This document shows, piece by piece, positions 21,311 through 31,749 of a DNA stretch of 64,000 nucleotides. Positions within the stretch are counted from its first letter, which is position 1. The number at the start of each line of letters is the position of its first letter. The notes beneath the pieces are model-generated. The model made no database searches. It saw only the letters and a list, made by a program, of their open reading frames with translations, and was not told the DNA's origin. The stretch comes from Gammaproteobacteria bacterium (GTDB taxonomy: Bacteria > Pseudomonadota > Gammaproteobacteria > Ga0077536), in contig CAXXLL010000002.1 in the NCBI GenBank assembly GCA_963662545.2, positions 1,056,001 through 1,120,000 of the forward strand. The letters run 5' to 3'. Position numbers and translations under genes: made by a program.

Positions 21311-21506
21311 GGTGTTTTCCGTAGGAGAGGAATCGATCCGGGGAAGAATTCAGACAGTATACGTATTTAGTCCAAACCCTCCGGCTTTCCTCTCGGTCTT
21401 TCAGGCTTCAATTCACGGTCGGTCGACTGCTGTGCTCGATTCGAGCTACGCCTAGTACGATTAGTGTCCCCAGCACGCAGTCCACTACGCGCGCTTCGAC
21501 AATCTC

Positions 21507-22010
21507 TCAGGACTTGTTGAATTCCTTGCACATATCGAAGAAATCCTTGAAATACTCGCCCACTCTGCCGCTTGAGGCGACGGAGCGCGTGTCATCCGGC
21601 AGATGCACCCGACGTACTTTGATATACCAGCGTCCGTCCACCCGTACGTAGTCGTCCTCATACCAGCCGTGCAGATTGTTGTAGATCGCTTCGGGCCGCA
21701 GCATGAATTCGTTGAGTTCGCATTTCCCCCGGGCCCGGTCGCCGTCGATGTCGATGACGAAGTTGCTCATCACGTGGTGTAAACCGGGAACGGTGCGATG
21801 CAGACCTTCCATGAACTTGATCAGCGCGGCCCTGCCCGCGACGACCAGGGAAATTTCCGGGATTTCGAAGCGGCCTTCCTCGATGAACAGCGCCGCCCAG
21901 GATTCGGGATCGCCCTTACCGTAGTCCGCGGCGAAAGCATAACGGCCGAGCAGGTCCTGAATCATGATTCGGTCGGCAGCTTCCTGGATATATTTTTCGT
22001 CTAGGCTCAT
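21507..22010 (-). CDS. SnoaL-like / NTF2 family protein
   Basis: DRIMIQDLLGRYAFAAD, HHVMSNFVIDIDGDRA, GWYEDDYVRVDGRWYI. Confidence 0.88.
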   Translation of the reverse strand: MSLDEKYIQEAADRIMIQDLLGRYAFAADYGKGDPESWAALFIEEGRFEIPEISLVVAGRAALIKFMEGLHRTVPGLHHVMSNFVIDIDGDRARGKCELNEFMLRPEAIYNNLHGWYEDDYVRVDGRWYIKVRRVHLPDDTRSVASSGRVGEYFKDFFDMCKEFNKS

Positions 22011-22137
22011 CGGATTTCTCCCTCGTCATTTGATCGTCGCAGTGGGTGTCCGCAAGTGCTGTGGCCGCAGTGGCAACCGCCGTCGACCTGCATGGTTTTG
22101 ACCTCCATCAAAGGAGACATTCGCAAACGCGCTTGCA

Positions 22138-25100
22138 TTATTCCAACTCCTCCAATAACACCTTTGCCTCATGCAGATCTTTGGTGTCAAAGCCTTCAGT
22201 GAACCAGTTGTAAATATCGGAGAGCAATTTGTGAGCTTCGGTCGTCTTCCCCTGCCGCCGCCACAGCCGGGCGAGGCTCGTTGCGGCGCGGAGTTCCCAG
22301 GATTTGGCCTGCTGGTGGCGGGCAACATCGAGCGCTTGCTGGAAACAGGCCTCCACTTCCTTTTCAATTTCAGACTGTTGACCCGCAGCTTGAGACTGTA
22401 GGGTCAGCGCACCCTTCAACCGATACAATTCCGCCTCGTACAAGCGCTCTTCGGTCTGCTCCACCAACGCCAAGGCCTCGGCCACCGTTGCCAGCCCTTC
22501 CCGAGCCTGGCCTACCGTACGTTGCGCCTCAGCTAGCAGGCCAAGATCTTGCGATCGCGCAATTGCTGTGCCTGTCGCCCGGATGGCAGCCAGGCCCTGG
22601 CGAATCTGCGCCATCCCTTCCGCGGCCTGTCCCTGGGCGGCCAGTGCCCAGCCCCGTATCACAGTTCCCCACGCCAACCAGTAAGCAAATCCTTGCTCAG
22701 TAGCGAGCGCAATGACTGCCTCAGCCCGCTCCTGGGCTGCTGGACCCTCCCGGCGAAACTCATGGACTCGGCCAGCGAAGTTCAGGGCCCAGGCCAGGCT
22801 GAAGGGGTGAAGGGACTCCCGAGCCAAGGTAATCGCCTGGTGCATTTTCTCGAGGGCTTGCTGCGGGTAGCCCAAACACCATAAATTCCAAGCGCTATAG
22901 GAGAAACATGCAACCCCCGGGTCTTGCCGATACAGGGCAACATGAGCACGGTGCTGTTGAGGGTCGTAAAGGGCCATCGCCGCTTCGAGGTGTTCGCGGG
23001 CAGAAACGAACTCTCCCATGTAGTACAGGGTGGCCCCCGTTGCCCGGTTCGCCTCCAGGAGCAGACCGGGGTCCTCCGCACCTTGGACCAAAGCGAGGAG
23101 CTGCTGTGCCTCCTCGTGCGCTGCTTTGTATTCTGCTCGTACTAAGTAAAAGTCCCACAGACCATACACCACCGGGAAGAGCTGTGGAGTCTCCCCCACC
23201 TGCTCACACAGTTCCCGCGCCCGCGTGTAGACCTGTTCCATTTCTGGTGAAGCAAAGCCCGTGGTGGCCGCTAGCGGCACTGCCAAGGCCACTTGCACGG
23301 TAAGTTCCTGCTGATTGCGCTCCAGGGTGTCGGGCAGGGTCTGGAGCATATCGAGCGCCTTGGTGAAGTGGCCAATGGCCTCGACATTCGCCGAGCGCTG
23401 CACTGCACGCTCACCCGCCTGCTGCCAATAGGGGATGGCCTGCTTGATGAGCCCGGCCTCAGTGTAGTGATGCGCAAGCAACTCGGGCTCGGTCTCGATG
23501 ATTTCGCCGAACTGCTTCTGCAGTGCGTCCGCGATCCGACCGTGGATCGGTCGCCGGCGACTTTTCAAAAGGCTTTGATAAGCGGTCTCCTGCACCAAGG
23601 CATGTTTGAACGAGTAAGTCGCATCGGGCGGGCGGCCATGCCGATACAAAAGCTCCCTATCGGTCAACTGGGCCAGCGCATCGTCGAGACCGGCAAGGTC
23701 GCCGGGTACTATCGCGGCTATCAGACTGTAGCTGAACTCACGACCGATGCAGGCACCGATCTGCGCAATCTCTTTACCCGATTCAAGCCGGTCGAGTCGC
23801 GCCATCAGGCTGTCCTGCAATGTCGCCGGGATCGCCACCATAGATTCAGCCACGCCGTGTCTCTGCCGACCTACGGCAAGGCCCGCCTCCAGCACGGTCT
23901 TGGTCAGTTCCTCGACGAATAGCGGCACCCCGTCGGTCTTGGCGACGATCTGGTCGAGCACCTCCTCGGGAAGCGCTTTGTCGCCGGTCACCTTTGCCAC
24001 CATCCGGGCGCCTTGCCGTCGGCTGAGGCGATTGAGCGAGTGCGACGTGACATGGCTGTAGCCGCCCCACGACGGTTCGAACTCCGGCCGGTAGGTGATC
24101 ACCAACAACACGGCCGCATCCTGAAGCCGGTCAACGATCGTTCCCAGCACGTCCAGCGTCGTCGGATCGCTCCAGTGAACGTCCTCGAAGATCATCAGCA
24201 CCGGGTCGTGCCGCGCGAGCCCGACTACCTGTTCGGCCAGCACCTCGAAGGTCTTTTCCTTTTGTTGCTGCGGGCTCAGATTCAAGGGCGGGTAGCGCTC
24301 CATCGGCAGCGACAGCAGGGCCGCGAACAAGGGCGCCGCTTCAGCCACGTTCTCGGTCCCCTGCGCCAACATCGCCTCCAGCTTGTCGAGCCGGGCCTCC
24401 GGCGCATCGTCGCGCGCGAAGCCCGCGGCACGTTCGAATTGATCGATGACCGGATAGAACGCGGAGTTGGTGTAATGGGGTGAGCATTGATAGCGGAGCC
24501 GGGTGTGGGGCTCGCTGGCAATCTGCTCCCGGAGCACTTGCGTGATCCGACTTTTACCGATGCCGGGCTCACCAGATAACAGCACCACCTGCCCCTCACC
24601 TTCTTTGGCCTCGGCCCAGCGCTCGAGCAGCAACGCGATTTCGCTGTCACGGCCCACCAGGGGAGTGAGCCCGCCCTGAGTGCGCGCCTCGAAGCGACCC
24701 TGGACCGCACTTTTGCGCACCACCCGCCAGGCGCGAAGCGGCTCCGCGATACCCTTGAGGTCCTGCTCGCCCAGGTCGTTGTAGTCAAAAGCACCGCCGG
24801 CGAGCCGCCGCGTCGTGGGCGCGATGATGATCTCGTCCGGCCCCGCGAGCCCCTGCATACGCGCCGCCACATTCGGTGTCTCACCCACTGCCGCCTTGGG
24901 CACCGACGCATCGCCCGCGCCAGTCTCGCCCACCACTACCGGCCCCGTCGCGATTCCGATCCGCACCTGCAAGGGGTCGGAGGCCTCGACAGTCTTGACG
25001 GCCTCGATGAGTTCCAGACCCGCGCGCACCGCTTGCCCGGCGTCGTCCTCATGTGCTTTCGGCCAGCCGAAGTAGACCATCAGTCCGTCGCCCAAATATT

Positions 25101-25512
25101 GAGCCACGTGCCCTTCGTAGCGTTCGATGACCGCCCCGGCGGCCTTTTGATAAGCCGCCAACAACTCGCGAAGATCCTCCGGGTCGAGTTTCTCCGCAAG
25201 CGCCGTCGAGCCGACGAGGTCGCAAAACATGACGGTGATCTGGCGGCGCTCGGCATCGGTTACCGCCGGTATGCCTGGTACAGCTTTTGCGACTTGCGGT
25301 GTTGATTGGCTATAGGTTTGCCCCTTATCACCCGATCGCGCGGCAATGGCGTCTAGTATGCGGATGCGATGGCCCATGACCCCGACGCCCAGCTTTTCCA
25401 AGGTCTCGTCGGACAGGCGTGACAACAGGTCCGGACCGATTTCGTTCTCTTCGAACGTATCGGCGTATTGGCCGAGACCCAGGTCATCTAGCCATTGGCG
25501 GATGTCGGACAT
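22138..25512 (-). CDS. SAM + class III nucleotide cyclase + AAA/STAND ATPase + TPR protein
   Basis: WLDDLGLGQY (SAM), ERRQITVMFCDLVGST, YLGDG, GEPGIGKS, FEDVHWSD, FKHALVQ, WELRAATSLARL. Confidence 0.93.
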   Translation of the reverse strand: MSDIRQWLDDLGLGQYADTFEENEIGPDLLSRLSDETLEKLGVGVMGHRIRILDAIAARSGDKGQTYSQSTPQVAKAVPGIPAVTDAERRQITVMFCDLVGSTALAEKLDPEDLRELLAAYQKAAGAVIERYEGHVAQYLGDGLMVYFGWPKAHEDDAGQAVRAGLELIEAVKTVEASDPLQVRIGIATGPVVVGETGAGDASVPKAAVGETPNVAARMQGLAGPDEIIIAPTTRRLAGGAFDYNDLGEQDLKGIAEPLRAWRVVRKSAVQGRFEARTQGGLTPLVGRDSEIALLLERWAEAKEGEGQVVLLSGEPGIGKSRITQVLREQIASEPHTRLRYQCSPHYTNSAFYPVIDQFERAAGFARDDAPEARLDKLEAMLAQGTENVAEAAPLFAALLSLPMERYPPLNLSPQQQKEKTFEVLAEQVVGLARHDPVLMIFEDVHWSDPTTLDVLGTIVDRLQDAAVLLVITYRPEFEPSWGGYSHVTSHSLNRLSRRQGARMVAKVTGDKALPEEVLDQIVAKTDGVPLFVEELTKTVLEAGLAVGRQRHGVAESMVAIPATLQDSLMARLDRLESGKEIAQIGACIGREFSYSLIAAIVPGDLAGLDDALAQLTDRELLYRHGRPPDATYSFKHALVQETAYQSLLKSRRRPIHGRIADALQKQFGEIIETEPELLAHHYTEAGLIKQAIPYWQQAGERAVQRSANVEAIGHFTKALDMLQTLPDTLERNQQELTVQVALAVPLAATTGFASPEMEQVYTRARELCEQVGETPQLFPVVYGLWDFYLVRAEYKAAHEEAQQLLALVQGAEDPGLLLEANRATGATLYYMGEFVSAREHLEAAMALYDPQQHRAHVALYRQDPGVACFSYSAWNLWCLGYPQQALEKMHQAITLARESLHPFSLAWALNFAGRVHEFRREGPAAQERAEAVIALATEQGFAYWLAWGTVIRGWALAAQGQAAEGMAQIRQGLAAIRATGTAIARSQDLGLLAEAQRTVGQAREGLATVAEALALVEQTEERLYEAELYRLKGALTLQSQAAGQQSEIEKEVEACFQQALDVARHQQAKSWELRAATSLARLWRRQGKTTEAHKLLSDIYNWFTEGFDTKDLHEAKVLLEELE

Positions 25513-25774
25513 CGTCCCCCCTGCGAACAGTTTACACACGGCGGATCGACTGTGCACCGCGGATGGTTGTCGCAGCCGAATGTCTGGTCGCTCTCGGGCA
25601 CAACGCGTTTCCGCAGAAACGTTTTTTTAATTGAGAATCATTAACGCCGTGCCAAGGATCGCTATGGGTCCGAAAACGGGCGTCAAACCCCCAGCCCCTA
25701 AGAAAGTCGCTACCGGCCTATCGAACTGATCAGTGAAACGACAGGAAATCGTTTCTCGACATTCCGTTAGGACA

Positions 25775-26227
25775 TCATCGGTCAGCCATTTTAACGGGCC
25801 AGATAATATGTTGCCCCGATTCGTCGTATTCGGGAAACACGGTCACGCTCACGACCTTCGCGCGCGCGATGCCGAACGTCAGGTCCAGGATCCGGTCCGT
25901 GTAATACTTTTCATCGTCGTTGATCTCGACCTCGAGATCGAGGTGCGGAAACTTCTGCAACAGGAATTTCTCACTCAGGCCGATTGGGTTGAACCTGCGC
26001 ACTAGCGTAAAAGGATGATAGGACGTGATGTGCGAAAGCCTGTATTCGTTGTCGGAATCGAAGGACAGCTCGAGTCGCATCAGGCGATAGATCCAGATCT
26101 CCGATACGGCACCGTCCTCGTGCCGGTCCTGCGCCTTCTTGTCGGGCTCTCCGAGATCGTGGGCGATCCGATCGCGGCTCGAACCGAGATTGATTTCATC
26201 GACGCCGTGGTGGGGGACTACGTCCAT
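25775..26227 (-). CDS. Hypothetical protein
   Basis: 150-aa ORF between co-oriented genes with plausible composition. Confidence 0.7.
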   Translation of the reverse strand: MDVVPHHGVDEINLGSSRDRIAHDLGEPDKKAQDRHEDGAVSEIWIYRLMRLELSFDSDNEYRLSHITSYHPFTLVRRFNPIGLSEKFLLQKFPHLDLEVEINDDEKYYTDRILDLTFGIARAKVVSVTVFPEYDESGQHIIWPVKMADR

Positions 26228-26285
26228 CTCGTGTTATGCCGGAATTACGGCATTCCATTCGTCGACGGAATCTCGATCTTCCAAG

Positions 26286-27215
26286 CTATTCGGCCCGCAC
26301 CCAGCCGTCGAGCAACGTGCGCAAAGCCGCGACGAACGCGATCGGCTGGTCGAGCATGACATGGTGCTGCGCTTCAGGGATCTCGACGATGGGGGCGTCC
26401 GGGCCCATGAGTTCGGACATGTAGTCGGCGGTGTCGCGGCTGACCAGCTTACTGTTCTGTCCGAAGATCAAACCGGCGCGGCAACGGAGTTTCTGCAGGT
26501 GCTCGTGGAAGGGCTCGCCCCAGCGCCGCGTGCCCATGGCACGGACGTCGAATTTCCAGGTCCAACCGCCATCGACCGGCTTGAGGGAGTGGCGGGCGAT
26601 GTACTCGACGATGAACGCGTTTGCGCAATCCTGCGCGGGCAGGAGCCGGAAGCGCCGCAGCGCTTCGTCGAAACTCGGATAAATGCGCTGGCGGCTCATA
26701 CCGGGCCGTGAAATCCTCCCGCTGTCATTGGGCCGTCGGATGGGGGAATCGACGATGACGGCGCCACCGATCTCCTCGCCGAAGCTCGCACCGAAGCGCA
26801 TGGTCATGTAGCCGCCGAAGGAGTGCCCGACGACGAAGGGCTTGTGCCCCAACCCGGCATCGTCGAGCACGGCGCGGATCTCCGCGGCGCGAACTTCCGC
26901 GTTGTACCCCTCGCGCTGACCGCTGTCACCCATGCCGGACAGGTCGAGCGCGGCCACCCGAAAATAGCGCGTGAAAAACGGTCCGATGAAGCGCCACCAG
27001 TTGGCGTGCGCGCCGCCGCCATGGACTAACAACAGCCCGCGACGGTCGGCGTCTTCGTCGTCACCGCGCCACAGCAGATAATGAATGGGGCAGCCTTCGA
27101 CATCGACGAAATGCGATATCACGGGCGATTCGATAGCCCAGGTGAACCAGTCGGGCATTGTTGCGTCAACGCGCAAATGGGCGGCGTCCCAGTCGGGAGT
27201 GGCTAGAGAAGACAT
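26286..27215 (-). CDS. Alpha/beta hydrolase
   Basis: VHGGGAHANWW, DLSGMGDS, GHSFGG, AQHHVMLDQP. Confidence 0.92.
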   Translation of the reverse strand: MSSLATPDWDAAHLRVDATMPDWFTWAIESPVISHFVDVEGCPIHYLLWRGDDEDADRRGLLLVHGGGAHANWWRFIGPFFTRYFRVAALDLSGMGDSGQREGYNAEVRAAEIRAVLDDAGLGHKPFVVGHSFGGYMTMRFGASFGEEIGGAVIVDSPIRRPNDSGRISRPGMSRQRIYPSFDEALRRFRLLPAQDCANAFIVEYIARHSLKPVDGGWTWKFDVRAMGTRRWGEPFHEHLQKLRCRAGLIFGQNSKLVSRDTADYMSELMGPDAPIVEIPEAQHHVMLDQPIAFVAALRTLLDGWVRAE

Positions 27216-27327
27216 TGCGGCCAGGTGTATTTGCTGTAGGGGTTCGGTCGATCCGGGAGAGGCAGTCTACTGAAAAATGCGCATGCGAGCCGAATTGAAA
27301 GCGGGCGCGTTGGTGTGGATATTGCCG

Positions 27328-27397
27328 GTTCGCCCACGAGAGGGCTCCTACGGATCCACGTGAAGTCCGATTTGTAGGAGCCCGCATGCGGGCGAAT
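27328..27397. repeat. Inverted pair of GTAG-type REP elements
   Basis: GTTCGCCCACGAGAGGGCTCCTAC (27328-27351) and GTAGGAGCCCGCATGCGGGCGAAT (27374-27397). Confidence 0.75.
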
Positions 27398-27437
27398 CAT
27401 CGTAAAGCTGTTGAGCGAATCCCGTGGCCTTCCAAGC

Positions 27438-28283
27438 TCAAACGCGCTTATACCCGAGCGCGCACCAGAACGGTTCTTGTTCACTGAAGGCAATTTTCTC
27501 CAATCCGGCGTCTGCCATCATCCGTTCGATCTGTGCTTTGGTGAACCGTTTTTCCAAACGCGTGCCAAAGCGATCGAGTGCGTCCGTACGCATCGTATAG
27601 AAGCTTTTGTCGCGATAGGCGGACAGCGGGAGCTGATCGATCGGCCGACCCCGTTTTTCCAGAACGCGCGCCGCGGTCGCGAACGGTAGGTAGACGGTGG
27701 CGGCGATGACCTGGCTCGCGGCGTATTTCAACGGGTGGGGCAGGACGGAAATCGCACGTCGCATGCCGTCGCTGACGCGCCAGATCAGTTTGAACCACAG
27801 GGGACGGTTGTCGAATGCGTAATACAGATAAAGCAGGAACGGCGCACCGGATTTGAGCTTGGCGACGCAGTTTTTGATACCAGCTAACGTGTCGGGTACG
27901 TGGTGAAGCACGCCGAGTGCGTAGCCGAAATCCATCGATTGGTCGTCCAGCGGGATGACATCGACGCCGGCTTCATGAAAGACGCAATTGGAATGCGTCG
28001 CGAGGTTTCGTTTCGCCACCTCGATTGCTGCGCGGCTTGGGTCGATGCAATGCAGGCAGCCAACGCGCGGTGCACAGAAGCGGGCCCAGCGGCCGCTGCC
28101 GCAGCCCAGATCGAAACCCTCCGCATGCGGCCCTAGTGCGTCCCACGGAAACAGCGCGAAATACCGATCGAAAATCCGTTCGAGTTCGGCCACATCGACG
28201 TTCGCCTGATCGAAGGTCGACCATTCACGGCCGAAGTCGGCGACGACGTCCGGGTCGAGATTCCCGCCGATTTGATTCGGCAT
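27438..28283 (-). CDS. Class I SAM-dependent methyltransferase
   Basis: FDLGCGSGRW, MDFGYALGVLHHVPD. Confidence 0.9.
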   Translation of the reverse strand: MPNQIGGNLDPDVVADFGREWSTFDQANVDVAELERIFDRYFALFPWDALGPHAEGFDLGCGSGRWARFCAPRVGCLHCIDPSRAAIEVAKRNLATHSNCVFHEAGVDVIPLDDQSMDFGYALGVLHHVPDTLAGIKNCVAKLKSGAPFLLYLYYAFDNRPLWFKLIWRVSDGMRRAISVLPHPLKYAASQVIAATVYLPFATAARVLEKRGRPIDQLPLSAYRDKSFYTMRTDALDRFGTRLEKRFTKAQIERMMADAGLEKIAFSEQEPFWCALGYKRV

Positions 28284-28307
28284 CGATGGTCCTTATGGCG
28301 CGGCTGC

Positions 28308-29759
28308 TCAGCCGGCGCGCGTGCCGAGCGTGCCTGCGGGGTCGAGCGCCTGCCCGATGAGATCGTAGAGATGCGCGAGTCCCGTTCCATTCTGATTTTC
28401 GGCGACGGCGCGTGTTAAATCCGGACTGTCGTGCGTGATGGCATAGCCTGCCTCGGTCAGCCGCTTCATGGTGACCAGGACTGTGTCACGCTTGGCCGTA
28501 CGATCGGCGGCGCCGTAGGGGACTTCGATGCGCAGGAACAGGGTGCGCCAGCTCAGCGCGAATTCGGCGAGAAAGCTGATATCCGTCTTGCCCAGCTCGT
28601 CCGCGACGATGCTGAACATCGTCTTCGCGTCGGTTTCTTCCATGGCGGCGGACGCTACGAACCACATCGGGTCATCGGCCGGAGCCGCATCGCTGTACGT
28701 GGGAACACCACGCATCAGCTTCGTTCGGGTCGTCCATGCTGCATCGTCGCGACCGTCTTTCGCCGAAAAGACTTTCGCGCCCGGCAGCGATCCCAGCGCG
28801 TCGCCCAACCTATCCCAGACGAATGCGACGTTGTCAGGCAGCCCATAGAGCGCGCCGTATAGATTCCAGGTACCGAGCGCTCCGGATTGGACCAGCTCAT
28901 CGACGTCGGATGCCGTCGTGTCAGTAAGCTTATCGAGCAGTGCGCGCTCCCTGTCGATATGACTGATCGCCACGGTGTTGGGGACGGTCATCTCGATCTT
29001 GAACGGCCGCAGCAATTCGACGGCAGCGCCGACCGCGGCCTCGTTCGGCAAGGTGACCATGAAGGGATGATAGGCCGGCGGCGCGGGCATGAGCCAGAGG
29101 CCGAGCTTAGACACGACGGCGAAGTCCGATCGCGAGAACAGTCCGTCCAGATAGGGCCCGAAATTATATTTGAACAACTGCCAGGTATTGTTGCTGGGCA
29201 GTGCACCCATGCCGGTACGGGTGACCGTGCCGTTGGCGAGGACGACCTCCATGCCGCATTGCATGAGCAGATGATCGCCGTACGGCGTGAAGCCGTAAGC
29301 GCGCTCGCAAATGCTGCCGCAGATGGAATGCGCGCCGTTTCGATCGCAGTCGACCCAGAACGGCAAGCCCTTGTCGTCAATGTGCGCAAGCAGACGGTCG
29401 AAGCTGACGCCGGGTTCCAGCAGTGCGCACGCCGAGTCGGTGTCGAATTCCAAGATCCGATCCATGCGAGTGAGATCCAGCAGCAACGACGGCCGCTCCA
29501 GATTGCCGACGGTTGCGCCGTTACCCGCATGGTTGGGCGTGCACCACAGGCTGTATCCGGTCTCCACCGCAAGCCTGACGAGCGCTTGTAGCTCTTCGAC
29601 CGATGCGGGCTGAACCACGGCCTGAGGCCACGCGGTATCCGGCACCCAAGGTCCGGCCAGGCGATCGATCCGGGGTGCATGGGCGTCGTCCATCGCGAGG
29701 ACCTGGCCATTGCCCAGAAGCGCTTCGGCTTTCGAGATGATCCCGTCGGTTGATCGCAT
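28308..29759 (-). CDS. VAO/PCMH-family flavoprotein, divergent copy
   Basis: LLDLTRMDRILE, LEPGVSF, GFTPYGDH, QCGMEVVLANG, FKYNFGPYLDGLF. FAD loop and C-terminus are degenerate. Confidence 0.85.
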   Translation of the reverse strand: MRSTDGIISKAEALLGNGQVLAMDDAHAPRIDRLAGPWVPDTAWPQAVVQPASVEELQALVRLAVETGYSLWCTPNHAGNGATVGNLERPSLLLDLTRMDRILEFDTDSACALLEPGVSFDRLLAHIDDKGLPFWVDCDRNGAHSICGSICERAYGFTPYGDHLLMQCGMEVVLANGTVTRTGMGALPSNNTWQLFKYNFGPYLDGLFSRSDFAVVSKLGLWLMPAPPAYHPFMVTLPNEAAVGAAVELLRPFKIEMTVPNTVAISHIDRERALLDKLTDTTASDVDELVQSGALGTWNLYGALYGLPDNVAFVWDRLGDALGSLPGAKVFSAKDGRDDAAWTTRTKLMRGVPTYSDAAPADDPMWFVASAAMEETDAKTMFSIVADELGKTDISFLAEFALSWRTLFLRIEVPYGAADRTAKRDTVLVTMKRLTEAGYAITHDSPDLTRAVAENQNGTGLAHLYDLIGQALDPAGTLGTRAG

Positions 29760-29775
29760 GCCCTTAGCGCTCCCC

Positions 29776-30174
29776 TTACTCGCCGTCGTAGTTCTGTGCG
29801 ACGTAAGCGGCGAGTGCGGCGAGTTCCTCGTCCACGATTTCGGTCGGGCGAAACGGCGGCATCATCTGCGTGCCGGAACGCACGATCTCTTCGACCGCCG
29901 CGGGCGCCAGGTCATTGCGCGCCAACAGGGCGGCCTGTCCGTCGCCCAGCCGCAACGCCAGGCGCATGGTACCGGGATGACCCGGTCCGGCGTCGTGACA
30001 GCCAGCACAATGGTGATCGTAGAGGCGCTGCCCCGAAGCACTTGGCGTGGGTGCCTGGGTGACCTGGGCGCGTACGCTTCCGGACTCATTGTCCGTGCCG
30101 GCGTCGGTCGCGGTGTCGTCGGCGCAACCCGCGATCACCGTGACCACGCTAATGATCAATAAAGAAAATCGCAT
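29776..30174 (-). CDS. Monoheme cytochrome c (PchC-like), probable lipoprotein
   Basis: IAGC lipobox, CAGCH, PGTMRL, MPPFRPTEI. Confidence 0.9.
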   Translation of the reverse strand: MRFSLLIISVVTVIAGCADDTATDAGTDNESGSVRAQVTQAPTPSASGQRLYDHHCAGCHDAGPGHPGTMRLALRLGDGQAALLARNDLAPAAVEEIVRSGTQMMPPFRPTEIVDEELAALAAYVAQNYDGE

Positions 30175-30177
30175 CGC

Positions 30178-31734
30178 TCAGGTGCTCCGCGACCGACCCG
30201 GCCAGATGCCCTGTTTGCCGGGGGACAGGATCCCGTCCGGATCGAGGGCGTCCTTGATGGCTTCGTGCGCGCGATAAAGGGCGCGGTCGTTCCAGTCGTA
30301 GGTAGCGGCGATCGCATCCATGTAATCGAGATGGGTGCGGTATTCGCCGTAGCCTTCACGGGCGGCTTCCGCGACGAGCGCGGTGAACAATTCGCGAACC
30401 TGGCGCTTGTGATCTTCGTCGGTGCGATCGAACACCAGCATCAGCACGTGATGCATGTCGCGCCAGCCGACCAGGAATTCGCCAATGTAATCGAAACCGA
30501 AGCGGTGGCAGAGATCGCGCATCACGTGGAATTGCCTGAGTGCGCCGTCGCCCGTGACCGGCGAGATCGGTGAGAAATCGATGTGCGAGCCCGGACCCAG
30601 CCAGTTCAGCAATCCGAATTCCGTCATATTGGGGATCCCGCGCATGAGTTTAGCGCGGTAATCGAAGGCCGCATCGCCGGCACGGTCTGCGGCGGAGTAA
30701 AAGCGCGCGCCCTTGACCTGGCGAAAGCTTTCCTCGATGACTTTCCAGTTGTTGTCCATGATCGGCTCGGGTCCGTACAAGGCGCCGTAGAAATTCCAGC
30801 TGCCGATCTCTAGGTCTTGAGCTATCTTGCGGCGCGCGCTTTCCGGCATCACGCCTTGGCCGTCGAAATACTGCGCCTTTGTTACTTTCACCGCCGCCTC
30901 CCAGATCAGACCGACGGTCGTCGCCGCGTTGGGGATGAGCATATTGATCTTGAGGGGCCGGGTGATCTCGGTGATCGGATGGATGTCGTCTTCTTCCGGG
31001 AACGTGATCAGGTAGGGACGGTAGCCCGGTGGTTCCGGCATCAACCAGATCCCGATTTGGGTGATGATGCCGAAATTCGATTGCGTGAAGATGCCGTCGA
31101 CCCAGGGTCCGTGACCGTATTTGTAGAGATGTTTGGACCGGGCCTGCGGTACCGTTCCCATGGCGGTGTCGACCACCGTGCCGTCGGCGAGCACCACCTG
31201 CATGCCGCATTGCGCGGTGAAGTGTTCGCCGTAGGGGGTATAGCCGACGCCACGATCGGCGAGATTGCCGAGCACACCGCCCCAGGCCGGCGCCGAAGGA
31301 TCCGACCACAATTTGAGATCGCGCGCTTGCAGATACCGGTACAGATCCTGGTAGGTCACGCCGGGTTCGACCACGGCATAGGCATGCTTCTCATTCACTT
31401 CGATGATGCGATTCATGCGCTTGAGATCGAGCACGATGCAACCCGCCTTGCGCGGCGCAGGACCGCCGTAGCCGAAATTTCGGCCGGTGGAGACCGTCCA
31501 CAATGGGATCTTCCACTTACGCGCGATCGCCAGGACCCGCTGAATTTGTTCGATGTCGAGCGGGGCAACGGCGGCCGAAGGCGCGTTGTCTTCTAATTGG
31601 CGCGGCGTGTAGGCATCCGTATAACTCGTATATCGGGCATCGTCCTGTACGATCACCGCATTGGGGCTCAGTGCGTCACGCAGTTCGCCGATGGCATTAT
31701 CGAAGTCGGCCTGTACGACGCCTTCGGGCAGCAT
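30178..31734 (-). CDS. VAO/PCMH-family FAD oxidoreductase (4-alkylphenol oxidising type)
   Basis: STGRNFGYGG, VEPGVTY, RGVGYTPYGEH, GSHIDFSP, GEYRTHL, LDPDGILSPGKQGIWP. Confidence 0.92.
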   Translation of the reverse strand: MLPEGVVQADFDNAIGELRDALSPNAVIVQDDARYTSYTDAYTPRQLEDNAPSAAVAPLDIEQIQRVLAIARKWKIPLWTVSTGRNFGYGGPAPRKAGCIVLDLKRMNRIIEVNEKHAYAVVEPGVTYQDLYRYLQARDLKLWSDPSAPAWGGVLGNLADRGVGYTPYGEHFTAQCGMQVVLADGTVVDTAMGTVPQARSKHLYKYGHGPWVDGIFTQSNFGIITQIGIWLMPEPPGYRPYLITFPEEDDIHPITEITRPLKINMLIPNAATTVGLIWEAAVKVTKAQYFDGQGVMPESARRKIAQDLEIGSWNFYGALYGPEPIMDNNWKVIEESFRQVKGARFYSAADRAGDAAFDYRAKLMRGIPNMTEFGLLNWLGPGSHIDFSPISPVTGDGALRQFHVMRDLCHRFGFDYIGEFLVGWRDMHHVLMLVFDRTDEDHKRQVRELFTALVAEAAREGYGEYRTHLDYMDAIAATYDWNDRALYRAHEAIKDALDPDGILSPGKQGIWPGRSRST

Positions 31735-31749
31735 GGACCTTTCCCTTTT

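Noticed and set aside
21311-21506. Cobalamin or SAM riboswitch upstream of the MetE-like gene
   Set aside because: No B12-box or SAM-riboswitch consensus was recognisable.
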